Shown piece by piece: positions 24,983-34,527 of a stretch of 45,628 bases of DNA. Both the position numbers and the translations under genes were made by a program. The notes under the pieces were generated by a model. That model saw only the letters and a program-made list of their open reading frames with translations. It was not told where the DNA came from and did no database searches. Within the stretch, counting starts at the first letter, position 1. Each line of letters opens with the position of its first letter. The stretch is from Bacilli bacterium (GTDB taxonomy: Bacteria > Bacillota_I > Bacilli_A > RFN20 > CAG-826): NCBI GenBank assembly GCA_024698065.1, contig JAILRR010000056.1, forward strand, positions 1-45,628, in the 5' to 3' direction.

Positions 24983-25003
24983 CTCTCCTGAAAAACAAAA
25001 AAC

Positions 25004-25034
25004 AAAAAGGAGGCGACCCGCCTCCTTTTCTTTT
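25004..25034. terminator. Bidirectional rho-independent terminator
   Basis: Stem GGAGGCG-(acc)-CGCCTCC, flanked by an A-run and TTTTCTTTT, between convergent genes. Confidence 0.8.
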
Positions 25035-25998
25035 ACTTGTAGATCAGCAATTTGCGGCTCAAGTAGTTATAGACCATAACCACAAGGGTTCTGACCACAA
25101 AGACGACAGGGTAAATGAAGATAGCGATTCCTAGACTCAGGAAGAATAAATCATAGAGAAGATATTCGAGTCCGATGCCAATGCCTAAGCCAATCGCAGA
25201 AAGGACAACGAAGAACACAACGCCTTTGGCTGTTTTGGCGAGATTGCTTTTGCTCGCTTTATAGACCATGTAGGTGGACATGAGGTAGTTGATGGTGACA
25301 CCAACGATGAAGCCACAGGTTGTGGCAACCAAGGTGACATACCATTCGGTTCCGCTTCCAAAGACGCCGAATCTGAAGGCAAAGACAGTTAAGAAATCAA
25401 AGACCGCGGCAACCAAGCCAACGATGCCAAAGCGGAAAATTTCCCAAAAAAGGCTATTCGAGTATGTGCGGTTCTCCATGTAGAGCTTGTAGATGAAAAG
25501 ATCATAGACTCCGACGATGATGGCAATGGCCGCTTGGATGAGGAATTGAGGAATGCTTACCACTGGGACAAGGATGCCTAAAACGACATGGGCAAGAACG
25601 CCAAACAAAGAAAGAATAATTAGGAGAATAAGGTTACGACATTTCTCACCTAAAACCGGTTTGATTCCGCTTGGTCTAATGAAATAGAAAGCGGTCAATG
25701 TGGCAAGGTTCACAGCGAAACCGTTTATCAAAGAAACAATGAGTGTTCCTTTTTCTCTGATAAGAGGATCGCCTCCGCCATAGGCAATTTCAAATGTCTC
25801 TTTGTTCGCTGGAACAAGGAGGCCGATGATAATGGCGATAACCATTCCAACAGCAATCGCGGCAGCTGAAAGCAAGCATTCGATTTTTATGTTTCTTGTG
25901 GCAGCAGGAACCTCATTCACAGGGGTTTTGCCGACGTTTTCTTGATTTTTATCTACGTTTTCCATGGGTTTTCCGTTCTTTCTTGTCATATGGAACAT
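25033..25998 (-). CDS. GtrA-family membrane protein with an N-terminal multi-TM extension
   Basis: 321 aa. The C-terminal roughly 130 aa (FRFGIVGLVAAVFDFLTVF...YLLYDLFF...YNYLSRKLLIYK) fits the 4-TM GtrA pattern. The N-terminal half adds about 4 TM segments. Which Met is the true start is uncertain. Confidence 0.7.
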   Translation of the reverse strand: MFHMTRKNGKPMENVDKNQENVGKTPVNEVPAATRNIKIECLLSAAAIAVGMVIAIIIGLLVPANKETFEIAYGGGDPLIREKGTLIVSLINGFAVNLATLTAFYFIRPSGIKPVLGEKCRNLILLIILSLFGVLAHVVLGILVPVVSIPQFLIQAAIAIIVGVYDLFIYKLYMENRTYSNSLFWEIFRFGIVGLVAAVFDFLTVFAFRFGVFGSGTEWYVTLVATTCGFIVGVTINYLMSTYMVYKASKSNLAKTAKGVVFFVVLSAIGLGIGIGLEYLLYDLFFLSLGIAIFIYPVVFVVRTLVVMVYNYLSRKLLIYK

Positions 25999-26110
25999 GA
26001 CTATTCTAAACCAAATGGGGAAGAAACCCTAAGAAATCATTGCTTGCCTTTCAAAGAAAGGAAGGTGCAACATTATTAAGGCTAAACGATTAGTCGTTTA
26101 AGGTTATCTT

Positions 26111-27838
26111 ATGAGCACTGTTATCGAACATTTCACAAAGTTTGACGAAACGCTATGCTCCATTATCAAAAAGAAATGGGCGCGTTTTGTGATATGGCCT
26201 CTCGCCATACTCGCTTTATATGCCCTCTATTTCCTCTTCATCTATCAGCAGAAGATGTATGGAAAAATCGGTTTTAACAGCGACGCCTCACAAGTCATTT
26301 TCATCGTCTTCCTTATCATTTACGAAGTTCTTGTCGCCACCTACTTTACCCTTTCGGCATTGTCAAAAAGACTCACAACTAGGAAAGCATTATTCCTTTT
26401 GTTCCTTTTCTCGGCTGGCCTAGTTCTCCCGTTCTGTATGGCCAGAACTTATGATGATGGTTCTTACACCCACGACTATGGTGTCTTTGGCGAAGGTGGA
26501 CACTGGGCAATCATTTATGACATTTATGATACTGGCAAGTTCCCTGAAGTCGATTTAACGAACCAATATTATCAGCCTAAGCTCTATCATGCCGCGGTCA
26601 CTTTCTTCATGAAGGCTAACTCCGTTTTCTTACCGCATTTTGCAGGGTCTGATCAAATTGTCCCTAATATTGCTAGCAACCCTCACTTTGCTAACTTCAC
26701 CTTATTCGATTACACCGCTTTTGAGACAGCAAGGATCTTCCTCGCTCTTCAAGGCATCGTCACCCTCTATTTCGCTTATAAGGTCATCGTTGAACTTAAC
26801 CTCAGCAAGCGCACCTCAATCATCGGTGGTTTCATTCTCTTCTTCACGCCTGCTTTCTGGTTCATAAGTGCTTATAAGAACAACGACTCTTTGTCCTTGC
26901 TCTTCTCATTTGCCGCTTTGTTTGCAGCACTCCGCTATCACAAAACACATTCTTATGTCCCGCTTGTAGCAACCGCCATCTGCATCGGCTTAGGCATGGA
27001 AACCAAACTCTCCACCGTCGTTGTAGCTTTCCCTATCGCCACTATCTTTGCCTATGACCTAATCATGCTTTTCAGGAAAGATAACAAATGGGGCAAAGCG
27101 GACAACAAAGAGCTCCAAAGATTCATCATCCAGATGGCCATCTTCGCCGTCATCGTCTTCCCGCTTGGTCTCTTTTTTGAAATCTATGCGAAGATCAAAT
27201 ACGACAGACCAATCGCCTATGTTTGGGACCTCGTTGGTGAATATGGCACCAATTACTTCATGTATATCGATCCAGAGATTTACCCGGTTTTTGCAAGGAT
27301 TTTTCTCTTCCCTTCCCCTGATCTCTTCTGGAATATGTCAAATATTCGCGCTGTGTCGCCTTATATTCCATCGGAGTATAAATGGGGCACGATCGACTTC
27401 AACTGCTGGACCGCATTCATTAAGACTGGACTCTTCTCTGAGGTAGGTCTTGGTGCAACCGAAGTATCCTTTGGGGAATATCATTCCTTGTTCTTGATGA
27501 TGGTTGGCCTTGCCTACACTTTGGCCATCTTCATCGGCATCCTCTTCGTCATTGGTGGAATCATCCTTGTCGTCAGAAAGATCATCTCCCTCGTCAAGAG
27601 CGAGAAACAAGAAAACGATTTGGCTTTCTATTTCCTTGCCATCACTTTCATCAGCTCAGCCATCTCCTATATGGCCTTCTGCTTACGTTACCCAGTCGGA
27701 TGCACTATGAATGCCCGTTATGGCATGCTCATCTATCTTCCTGTTGGAATTACCGTCGGTGCCCTATTCGACCTAATTGCCAAGAAGATTGAGGCGAAAA
27801 AGAAAAAAGAAGCCAGGGTTGGCTTCTGGAGTAAATAG
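26111..27838 (+). CDS. Polytopic membrane protein, putative GT-C-fold (ArnT/PMT-like) glycosyltransferase
   Basis: 575 aa with more than 10 TM segments. An acidic motif YDDGSYTHDY sits in the first predicted external loop, as in GT39/GT83-type enzymes. It neighbours the GtrA gene. Confidence 0.55.
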   Translation: MSTVIEHFTKFDETLCSIIKKKWARFVIWPLAILALYALYFLFIYQQKMYGKIGFNSDASQVIFIVFLIIYEVLVATYFTLSALSKRLTTRKALFLLFLFSAGLVLPFCMARTYDDGSYTHDYGVFGEGGHWAIIYDIYDTGKFPEVDLTNQYYQPKLYHAAVTFFMKANSVFLPHFAGSDQIVPNIASNPHFANFTLFDYTAFETARIFLALQGIVTLYFAYKVIVELNLSKRTSIIGGFILFFTPAFWFISAYKNNDSLSLLFSFAALFAALRYHKTHSYVPLVATAICIGLGMETKLSTVVVAFPIATIFAYDLIMLFRKDNKWGKADNKELQRFIIQMAIFAVIVFPLGLFFEIYAKIKYDRPIAYVWDLVGEYGTNYFMYIDPEIYPVFARIFLFPSPDLFWNMSNIRAVSPYIPSEYKWGTIDFNCWTAFIKTGLFSEVGLGATEVSFGEYHSLFLMMVGLAYTLAIFIGILFVIGGIILVVRKIISLVKSEKQENDLAFYFLAITFISSAISYMAFCLRYPVGCTMNARYGMLIYLPVGITVGALFDLIAKKIEAKKKKEARVGFWSK

Positions 27839-27842
27839 AGTG

Positions 27843-29777
27843 TTAGGCTAACTGCCAACCATCAAATGGGTTCTTGCACAAATTGTAGGCAAGATAAGCA
27901 CCTAAGAAAGTAAGCACTAAAGACACTATCATTAGAGGCACTTTGGTGCCTTTTTCTTTTCCCAAAGTCGAATAAGAGGAGTAGAAAATGGAGAGAACCC
28001 AGATTCCGGCAAGAGGCCAGAAATAAAGGATGTAACGCATGCAAACTCCACCAAGGCAGTACATAAGCCATGAGAGGATAAGCAACAAGAACGGAGGAAC
28101 GATTAGATAGGTCCAATCCTCAACCTTTTTGTTAGCGATTAGCCCTACTGGAAGAAGCAAAGCAAGATAGACTATTGGGTTAGCAAGAACGCCGACGGAG
28201 TCTTGAATATAGACGTGGGTCTCATGGGCTAATATAACGCGCTCCGTGGTTAGAGTTGGGAACTTATCACGGATAAAAAACCCAGCAAAACCCGCTTCTT
28301 GTAGGCCTGAAGAGAAAACAGGCTGTTGCCAGAAATAATGATAGAAAGCGTTGAAATAGCTCTCACTATTAAGGGCGTTGGTCCTTGGATCGTTGATGGT
28401 GAGTTGGTAGTTAGAACCGAACTCCACGAAGCTTCCGAAGCGGAGGTAATTGTATCCTGCTAAAGCGATTCCTCCGACAACAAGAGAAACGGCGAAAGAG
28501 ATAAGAGGGAAGAGATTTTTCTTCTCCCCTTTGACGATCTCGGTCCTTCCCTCGAGAAGATATTTGACGATGAAAGGAATGATGACGATGGCCATGATTC
28601 CTAACTCGGGTCTAGAGCCCATGATAAGGACATAGAATATTGAGGACAAAACCCAATATACATGCTGCTTGATTCCGCTTCTCTTAAGCCCTTCGAAGAA
28701 AAAGGCTAGGAAGAAAGTAAGTCCCACTACCGCGTAGGCGAAAGGAACCCTGTATTTCCAGTCTGTCCATCTGAAGCTGATGAAGTTAAATCCTAAAGTG
28801 GATACGAAGACGAAGAAACTGAAGGCATATAGGAACCAGCTTGGCACATTTGCGGCGTATCTTTCTTTGAGTACGATTGAGAGTCTAAAGATTCCGTAAG
28901 CATACAAAATCGTCGCCAAAACTAGGGTAAATAGACCATTTGGCACAAGAGTGAACCCAGAAAGGATAAAGAACGGGAACATCACAAAGAAGATTGGGGC
29001 GACGCCATAATAGGAATAGTAATGACCATCAAAATAGACAGTATCCCAAAGGTAAGGTATATCGAGTCTTTGGAATGGGTCGTATGGATTTTCTAATGAC
29101 GACAAACGGAGATCTGGTTCTTCAAGCAAATGAAGCTGCCCATGCATGAAAGCGTCGAACTGGTTGTAATAGAGGTATGGGTTGTCATGAAGATATTTAA
29201 GATCATCCTTAAATGGATACGCGTCGTAATAGGCATGTGGGTTTGCTGAGACATAGAACAAAAAGATGATGAAGAAAAAGACAAAGGCAATCCTAACGAT
29301 TGAGAGGTCTTTGTTCTCATGAAAGGATTTCGTAACATTGCCTACCAAATAAGCAAGAAGGGCAAAGGCCCCTAGCCTCATTCCAGAGAGAAGGAAGACC
29401 GGCCAGGTTTGGAAGAGAGTAATCTCAAAAACGAAGCCTAGAAGGGCGATGAGAGCCCTGATGATTGGGGTTATGGCTTTTCTATCGAGTTTCTTGTAAT
29501 TGAGTTTGACTAGAGGCGTTATCTCTCTAGCTATTAGCGAAACAAAAACATAGCCAACGAAGATATTTAGAGCGCTGACATTAGATGAAAAAACGCCTAC
29601 AATTCCTGCAGCAATTGATAAAAGAACGGATAAACCGTAGTTCCATACTTCATCTTTGACGATAGGGTTGCTAAAAGAGAATTCCCCTTCTTTGTTCTTT
29701 AGTAACTTAACAACAAGGAAGATGCCGCTTACGAGTAATGGCGCGACAAAAGCGAAGACAAACAAAGCCCACTTCAT
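27843..29777 (-). CDS. Large polytopic membrane protein, possibly a GT-C-like glycosyltransferase
   Basis: 644 aa with about 14 TM segments and an aromatic/acidic loop (YYDAYPFKDDLKYLHDNPYLYYNQFD...LWDTVYFDGHYY). It begins 3 nt after the upstream gene. The product assignment is weak. Confidence 0.45.
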   Translation of the reverse strand: MKWALFVFAFVAPLLVSGIFLVVKLLKNKEGEFSFSNPIVKDEVWNYGLSVLLSIAAGIVGVFSSNVSALNIFVGYVFVSLIAREITPLVKLNYKKLDRKAITPIIRALIALLGFVFEITLFQTWPVFLLSGMRLGAFALLAYLVGNVTKSFHENKDLSIVRIAFVFFFIIFLFYVSANPHAYYDAYPFKDDLKYLHDNPYLYYNQFDAFMHGQLHLLEEPDLRLSSLENPYDPFQRLDIPYLWDTVYFDGHYYSYYGVAPIFFVMFPFFILSGFTLVPNGLFTLVLATILYAYGIFRLSIVLKERYAANVPSWFLYAFSFFVFVSTLGFNFISFRWTDWKYRVPFAYAVVGLTFFLAFFFEGLKRSGIKQHVYWVLSSIFYVLIMGSRPELGIMAIVIIPFIVKYLLEGRTEIVKGEKKNLFPLISFAVSLVVGGIALAGYNYLRFGSFVEFGSNYQLTINDPRTNALNSESYFNAFYHYFWQQPVFSSGLQEAGFAGFFIRDKFPTLTTERVILAHETHVYIQDSVGVLANPIVYLALLLPVGLIANKKVEDWTYLIVPPFLLLILSWLMYCLGGVCMRYILYFWPLAGIWVLSIFYSSYSTLGKEKGTKVPLMIVSLVLTFLGAYLAYNLCKNPFDGWQLA

Positions 29778-29780
29778 ACG

Positions 29781-30557
29781 TTATAGATTTCTCCAAAATG
29801 GAACTGACTTTTTGAGGTCTTGCGAGGACTTCACTTCAAGAAGGACATAAGCGTCATTCTCTTCAGCCATCTTCTTGAATGCTTTTAATCTCTCGCCAAG
29901 GGTTCCTTCGCCAAGGGCAAGGTGATTTCTCTTTCCGTCCGAATCGTGAATATGGAACTCATCAAACTTAAGAGGGAGCTTTTTCGACAGTTCGTGTAGC
30001 CAGCCACCCATCACGGCATCGTGTCCGATGTCGAGGTTAAAGTGGAATCCGGCATTCATCTCGTCGCGGTAAACATCTTTGAGGAACGAAGCACCTGGAC
30101 ATGTATCAGTATTCTCGATGACGATCTTGATGCCCTTCTTTTCGCAGATGTCTTTCGCCCTTTTGAAAGCGGGTATCAGTCTCTTGATATAAGAGTCATA
30201 TTCCTTCTCGTAGATATAGTTCCTTCTGCCAGAGATTGTAACGACTGGACCACCGTTATTATGGAAGTTAATCATCTTCACATAGCCTTCTCCTAAGGAG
30301 GCATATTTCTCTAAGAGAGTGAGGTATCCTTCCACTACTTCAGGATATGATCCTAAATCAGCCTCATCATAGAAATGAAGGGTGATTTGCAGAGGATATT
30401 TCTTTAAAAGCTCTGCAATTCTGCCTTCTTCCATTTCTTTTCGGCAATAGGAAAAGTTAAGGTTCAACTCAACAAAGTCGAGCCCTAATTCCGTAGCTAA
30501 TTTGAGATTCTCCTCGATGGTGTTGAACTCAAAGAGGATTGGCATTCCTAGTTTCAT
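29781..30557 (-). CDS. Sugar phosphate isomerase/epimerase (xylose-isomerase-like TIM barrel)
   Basis: 258 aa. The blocks LDFVELNLN, IVIENTD, FHFNLDIGHD and HIHDSDG are typical of the AP_endonuc_2 / TIM-barrel family. Confidence 0.75.
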   Translation of the reverse strand: MKLGMPILFEFNTIEENLKLATELGLDFVELNLNFSYCRKEMEEGRIAELLKKYPLQITLHFYDEADLGSYPEVVEGYLTLLEKYASLGEGYVKMINFHNNGGPVVTISGRRNYIYEKEYDSYIKRLIPAFKRAKDICEKKGIKIVIENTDTCPGASFLKDVYRDEMNAGFHFNLDIGHDAVMGGWLHELSKKLPLKFDEFHIHDSDGKRNHLALGEGTLGERLKAFKKMAEENDAYVLLEVKSSQDLKKSVPFWRNL

Positions 30558-30562
30558 AAAGC

Positions 30563-31714
30563 TTATTTGATGACCCTCACGCGAAGAACGCCTGAGACCT
30601 TAAGAAGCTCTTTCTCATCGACCTCCTTATCTGCATCGATGATGGTGTAGGCGTATTCGTTTCTTGATTTGTTGACGAGGGAGGCGATGTTGCCACCGTC
30701 TCTAGAGATGATGGTCGTGAAGTTATTTATCATGCCCGGGATGTTTTTGTGGTTGATACAGATTCTAACACCTTGGCCTTTCTTGCCAGCATCCGCGGCA
30801 GGATAGTTAACGGAATTAGAGATGTTGCCATTCTCAAGATAGTCTTTGAGTTCGGCTATCGCCATGAGGGCGCAGTTGTCTTCCGCCTCTTCGGTTGAAG
30901 CCCCTAAATGTGGGAAGCAAATGGTGTTAGGCATTTTGACGACATTTGGGTTAGCGAAGTCAGTGATGTATTTCTTGATCTTCCCTTCCTCAAGGGCTTT
31001 GGCAAGAGCGGTTTCATCAATGATGCCGTCACGGGAAAGATTAAGGATGGTCGCCCCGCCTTTCATCTTCGCGATGAGCTCTTCCCCTATCAAACCTTTT
31101 GTTGAATCGGTAAGAGGAATATGGACGGTAAGGAAGTCGGCATCTTTGACCGCTTCTTCGAGAGAAGAGACATATGTGACTCTCTTATTGAGAAGCATCG
31201 CGTTATGAATCGAAAGATATGGGTCATAGCCAATGACTTGCATGCCAAGGTCGACACAGGCATTCGCAACAAGCACGCCGATGGCACCAAGACCAAGAAC
31301 GGCAATGCTCTTATGGAAGATTTCGTTGCCAGCAAATTTTGACTTAGCTTTCTCGGCGGTTTTTGAAATATTCTCGTCAAAAGCGTTCTCCTTTACCCAA
31401 GCGTTGCCACCGATGATGTCACGGCTAGCAAGCATCAGGGAAGCAATGACAAGCTCTTTGACGGCATTGGCGTTCGCCCCAGGGGTATTGAAAACAACAA
31501 CGCCTTTTTCGGCGTAATCGCCTAGCGGGATGTTATTGACACCGGCGCCGGCTCTTGCCACGGCAAGGATGTTTTCTGGAAGAGCCATCTCGTGCATCTT
31601 CGAACTTCTCACAAGGATCGAATCAGCGCTAGAAAGATCATCAACGGTTTTATCAGTGTCTTTCAAAGTAGCCAAAGCCACTTTCGAAATCTTATCCAAG
31701 CAATAGGCTTTCAT
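30563..31714 (-). CDS. serA: D-3-phosphoglycerate dehydrogenase (short form with a C-terminal ACT-like domain)
   Basis: 383 aa. NAD-binding motif GLGAIGVLVANACVDLGMQVIGYDPY, a D-2-hydroxyacid dehydrogenase core and an ACT-like tail. It is directly adjacent to serC (TAAATG junction). Confidence 0.85.
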   Translation of the reverse strand: MKAYCLDKISKVALATLKDTDKTVDDLSSADSILVRSSKMHEMALPENILAVARAGAGVNNIPLGDYAEKGVVVFNTPGANANAVKELVIASLMLASRDIIGGNAWVKENAFDENISKTAEKAKSKFAGNEIFHKSIAVLGLGAIGVLVANACVDLGMQVIGYDPYLSIHNAMLLNKRVTYVSSLEEAVKDADFLTVHIPLTDSTKGLIGEELIAKMKGGATILNLSRDGIIDETALAKALEEGKIKKYITDFANPNVVKMPNTICFPHLGASTEEAEDNCALMAIAELKDYLENGNISNSVNYPAADAGKKGQGVRICINHKNIPGMINNFTTIISRDGGNIASLVNKSRNEYAYTIIDADKEVDEKELLKVSGVLRVRVIK

Positions 31715-32794
31715 TTATAGATGCTCCTTTTCGAATTCCTTCATGAAGTCGACGAGGGCTTTGACGCCTTCGATCGTCATGGCGTTATAGATGGAGGCTC
31801 TCATGCCTCCCACTGCTCTATGGCCTTTGATGGAGATGATTCCATGTTTCTTGGCCTCCTCGCAGAATAAGGCGTCTAATTCAGGGTCCTTTGTCCTGAA
31901 GGTGACATTCATGATTGAGCGGCTCTCCTTCTCTGCGACGGCGATATATTTCGAGTGGTCAAGATAGTCATAAAGGTAATTGGCTTTCTCTTCGTTCTTT
32001 TTCTTCATCGCTTCTAAGCCACCCAACTTCTTGAGCCATTTGAAGACTTTGCCGCACACATAAATCCCAAAGCAGTTTGGGGTGTTGTATAGGCTATTCG
32101 TATCGACCTGGGTCTTCCACTTGAGCATGGTCGGGGTGACGATATCAAGATCTTCCCTGATGAGGTCTTCGCGGATGATGATGATAGCAAGGCCGGCTGG
32201 GCCAACGTTCTTTTGGACACCGGCATAGATGACGCCATATTTGCTGACGTCACATGGCTCGCTTAAGAAACAAGATGATTGATCGGCAACAAGCGGTATG
32301 CCTTTCGTATCAGGGAGCTCGTGGAACTTCGTGCCATAGACGGTGTTGTTCTCGCAGATATGAACGTAATCCGCGTCTTCTCTGATCGGAAGGTTCTCAA
32401 GGTTTGGGATATGGGTGAAGTTGTCATCTTTTGAGGAAGCAATGACCTTGCAATCGCCATAGAGACAACCTTCTTTATATGCCTTCGTGGAGAACAGGCC
32501 AGAAAGGATATAGTCCGCTTTCTTGTTCTTCATGAGATTCATTGGAACGGCAGCGAACTGTGTCGAAGCGCCGCCCTGGCAGAAAATGACCTTATAGTTT
32601 TCTGGGATCTTCATAAGATCGCGAAGGTCAGAAATAGCTTCTTCCAAGACTTTCTCAAAAGGTTTAGATCGATGGGAGATCTCCATGATTGACATGCCAC
32701 TATTCTCAAAATCGAGAAGTTCCTCTTGGACCTCTTTCAAAACATCCAAGGGGAGGGTGGCTGGGCCAGCTGAGAAATTAAATACTCTCTTCAT
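31715..32794 (-). CDS. serC: Phosphoserine aminotransferase
   Basis: 359 aa. N-terminal FNFSAGPATLPLDVLKEVQEEL...GMSIMEISHRS is characteristic of SerC. Confidence 0.9.
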   Translation of the reverse strand: MKRVFNFSAGPATLPLDVLKEVQEELLDFENSGMSIMEISHRSKPFEKVLEEAISDLRDLMKIPENYKVIFCQGGASTQFAAVPMNLMKNKKADYILSGLFSTKAYKEGCLYGDCKVIASSKDDNFTHIPNLENLPIREDADYVHICENNTVYGTKFHELPDTKGIPLVADQSSCFLSEPCDVSKYGVIYAGVQKNVGPAGLAIIIIREDLIREDLDIVTPTMLKWKTQVDTNSLYNTPNCFGIYVCGKVFKWLKKLGGLEAMKKKNEEKANYLYDYLDHSKYIAVAEKESRSIMNVTFRTKDPELDALFCEEAKKHGIISIKGHRAVGGMRASIYNAMTIEGVKALVDFMKEFEKEHL

Positions 32795-32871
32795 AAATAT
32801 CTCCCTTAAAGTGCTACCTATGATTTTATCATAAGGCTCTCTTCAAAAGTCACTCATCTTTTTATAAAAGA

Positions 32872-32901
32872 TAGCAAAAAGCCGAGGCTAAGGCCCCGGC
32901 T
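32872..32901 (-). terminator. Rho-independent terminator after the lipoprotein gene
   Basis: Minus strand AGCCGGGGCC/AGCCTCGGCT stem with one G-U pair, followed by TTTTTGCTATCTTTT. Confidence 0.6.
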
Positions 32902-32921
32902 TGCATTGACAATGCTATAGA

Positions 32922-33713
32922 TTACTTATAGATAATCCAGATTTCGGTGATGTTAAGGTTGTAAGAACCTAAACGGGTATAGGTGAGTTTGGTTGGGCCA
33001 GCCTCGATTGCGCCAAACGCGCCCATCTCGCAAAGGGTGAATGAACCATTGCCATTTTCACCGGCTTTCATGCCCATTTGCTCGTAAGTCTTCTTGTTGG
33101 TAATCGTAAGGTCTTTGCCGTTGATGTTAACGCCGACGTTTGGATCGGAGCCATTGAAGAAGCCCCTATCCTGATTGTCATTCCGGCCGTCGTGCCAATA
33201 ATCAACCCAACCATAGACGGCAATGTCGGCGCTGGTGGCAGCCTCTGGCATGGTGAATTCATATTCGACATAGCTGCCGTTTGGGCTAGCGAGTTTGATG
33301 GTGGCACCAGTGTCGTCTTTGTTGGTTCCATCCATCTTGGTGTATTCCAATGCGTCGAGGATGATGGCTTTGCTATGGCAAACTGAACATTCAGCAGTCC
33401 AATATCCGGTCTTGCCTTCTTCTTCGTGTTTTTGTCCCTTAGCCCCAAAGGTGTGAGCGATTTTATCAATCTTGGTCTCTCTTTCTCCAGAGCTATTCAA
33501 GCAGACTTCAACGTCCTTGCCTTCATGGTCGCAGCCTGGATCAACGTGTTTAGTTGGATCTTTGGACCATTGAGCGACAAATTTGCTGCTTCTCGGGGTG
33601 GAAGAGGATTTGGCGGTTGAAACACCAGATTCCGCTGGCTGATCACCACCGCCGCAGCTCGCTAACAAACCTGCGGTAAGTGCAAGAGCGGCCAATAATT
33701 TGATTTTCTTCAT
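32922..33713 (-). CDS. Lipoprotein of unknown function
   Basis: 263 aa. The signal is MKKIKLLAALALTAGLLASC (lipobox LLASC). The C-terminal roughly 170 aa resemble the C-terminus of the 40957..41913 lipoprotein. Confidence 0.8.
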   Translation of the reverse strand: MKKIKLLAALALTAGLLASCGGGDQPAESGVSTAKSSSTPRSSKFVAQWSKDPTKHVDPGCDHEGKDVEVCLNSSGERETKIDKIAHTFGAKGQKHEEEGKTGYWTAECSVCHSKAIILDALEYTKMDGTNKDDTGATIKLASPNGSYVEYEFTMPEAATSADIAVYGWVDYWHDGRNDNQDRGFFNGSDPNVGVNINGKDLTITNKKTYEQMGMKAGENGNGSFTLCEMGAFGAIEAGPTKLTYTRLGSYNLNITEIWIIYK

Positions 33714-33966
33714 ATTTGTACCTTTCTTTAATTAGCCTTGAGGCCTTTACAAACAAAAACACATATACGAGTTCCTTACGAATATCGGCTATGCGTTCAA
33801 ATTAATATTAAATGTTTGTGTATGTTTTTCAAGCACTTAAAAATGCTTAAAAAGTGCAATAATATGCCTATTTTGTTCAAAAGAAAGCGTTTACTTGCAA
33901 AAACTGGTTTTTCTTATTCGCCTAGATAAGATAAAATATTTTTACAAAAGAAAGGGCAAAAAAAAT

Positions 33967-34467
33967 ATGCAAGTCAGCATCAGGAACAAATGGATTTCTT
34001 TGCGTGGTGGTTCCACCGTCAAAGACATGAACGAAAAAGACGTTCTCTACGTTAAGGGCAAATTCTGGACATTCACCAGAAAGAAGTTCGTCCAAGACAT
34101 GAAAGGGAACACCCTCTACACCGTCAGGAACAAATTCTGGAGACTCTTCGTCAGAAAGGCGATGGTCTACGACAAAGAGGGCAATCGCGTTGCCTACCTT
34201 AAGAAGAAATTCTTCTCTGTCCATGACCGTTACCTCATCGACAGCAGCAAAGGCCAAATCGAAATTAAGGGCAACATTTTCTGCTTCGACTATCACATCT
34301 CCCTAAAAGGCAAGGAAATCGGACACGTCTCAAGAAAGATTTCCCTTAGAGACTCCTTCATCCTCACGATTGATGACGATCAGGATCTCGCTTTCTGGGT
34401 CGCTCTTGTCATCGCCATCGACAACATCACCGACCAGAGAAGACAAGACAACAGCTCAAACAACTAA
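33967..34467 (+). CDS. LURP-one-related (LOR/DUF567, Tubby C-terminal-like fold) protein
   Basis: 166 aa counted from the ATG at 33967. The pattern of repeated beta-hairpins (KWISLRGG..V.D..G..LY.V.GKFW....K..V.D..G) is typical of the LOR family. The track start at 33895 adds a non-homologous extension. Confidence 0.7.
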   Translation: MQVSIRNKWISLRGGSTVKDMNEKDVLYVKGKFWTFTRKKFVQDMKGNTLYTVRNKFWRLFVRKAMVYDKEGNRVAYLKKKFFSVHDRYLIDSSKGQIEIKGNIFCFDYHISLKGKEIGHVSRKISLRDSFILTIDDDQDLAFWVALVIAIDNITDQRRQDNSSNN

Positions 34468-34473
34468 GCTCAT

Positions 34474-34517
34474 AAAAAATACCTCCTGCGGATTGTCGCA
34501 GGAGGTTTTCTTTTTTT
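34474..34517. terminator. Bidirectional rho-independent terminator
   Basis: Perfect 9-bp stem CCTCCTGCG-(gattgt)-CGCAGGAGG, flanked by AAAAAAT and TTTTCTTTTTTT. Confidence 0.85.
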
Positions 34518-34527
34518 GTGCTTTTCT

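Noticed and set aside
32795-32921. Possible T-box or riboswitch leader upstream of serC.
   Set aside because: Only about 80 nt remain after the neighbouring terminator. I could find no specifier-loop/T-box consensus or conserved riboswitch core.
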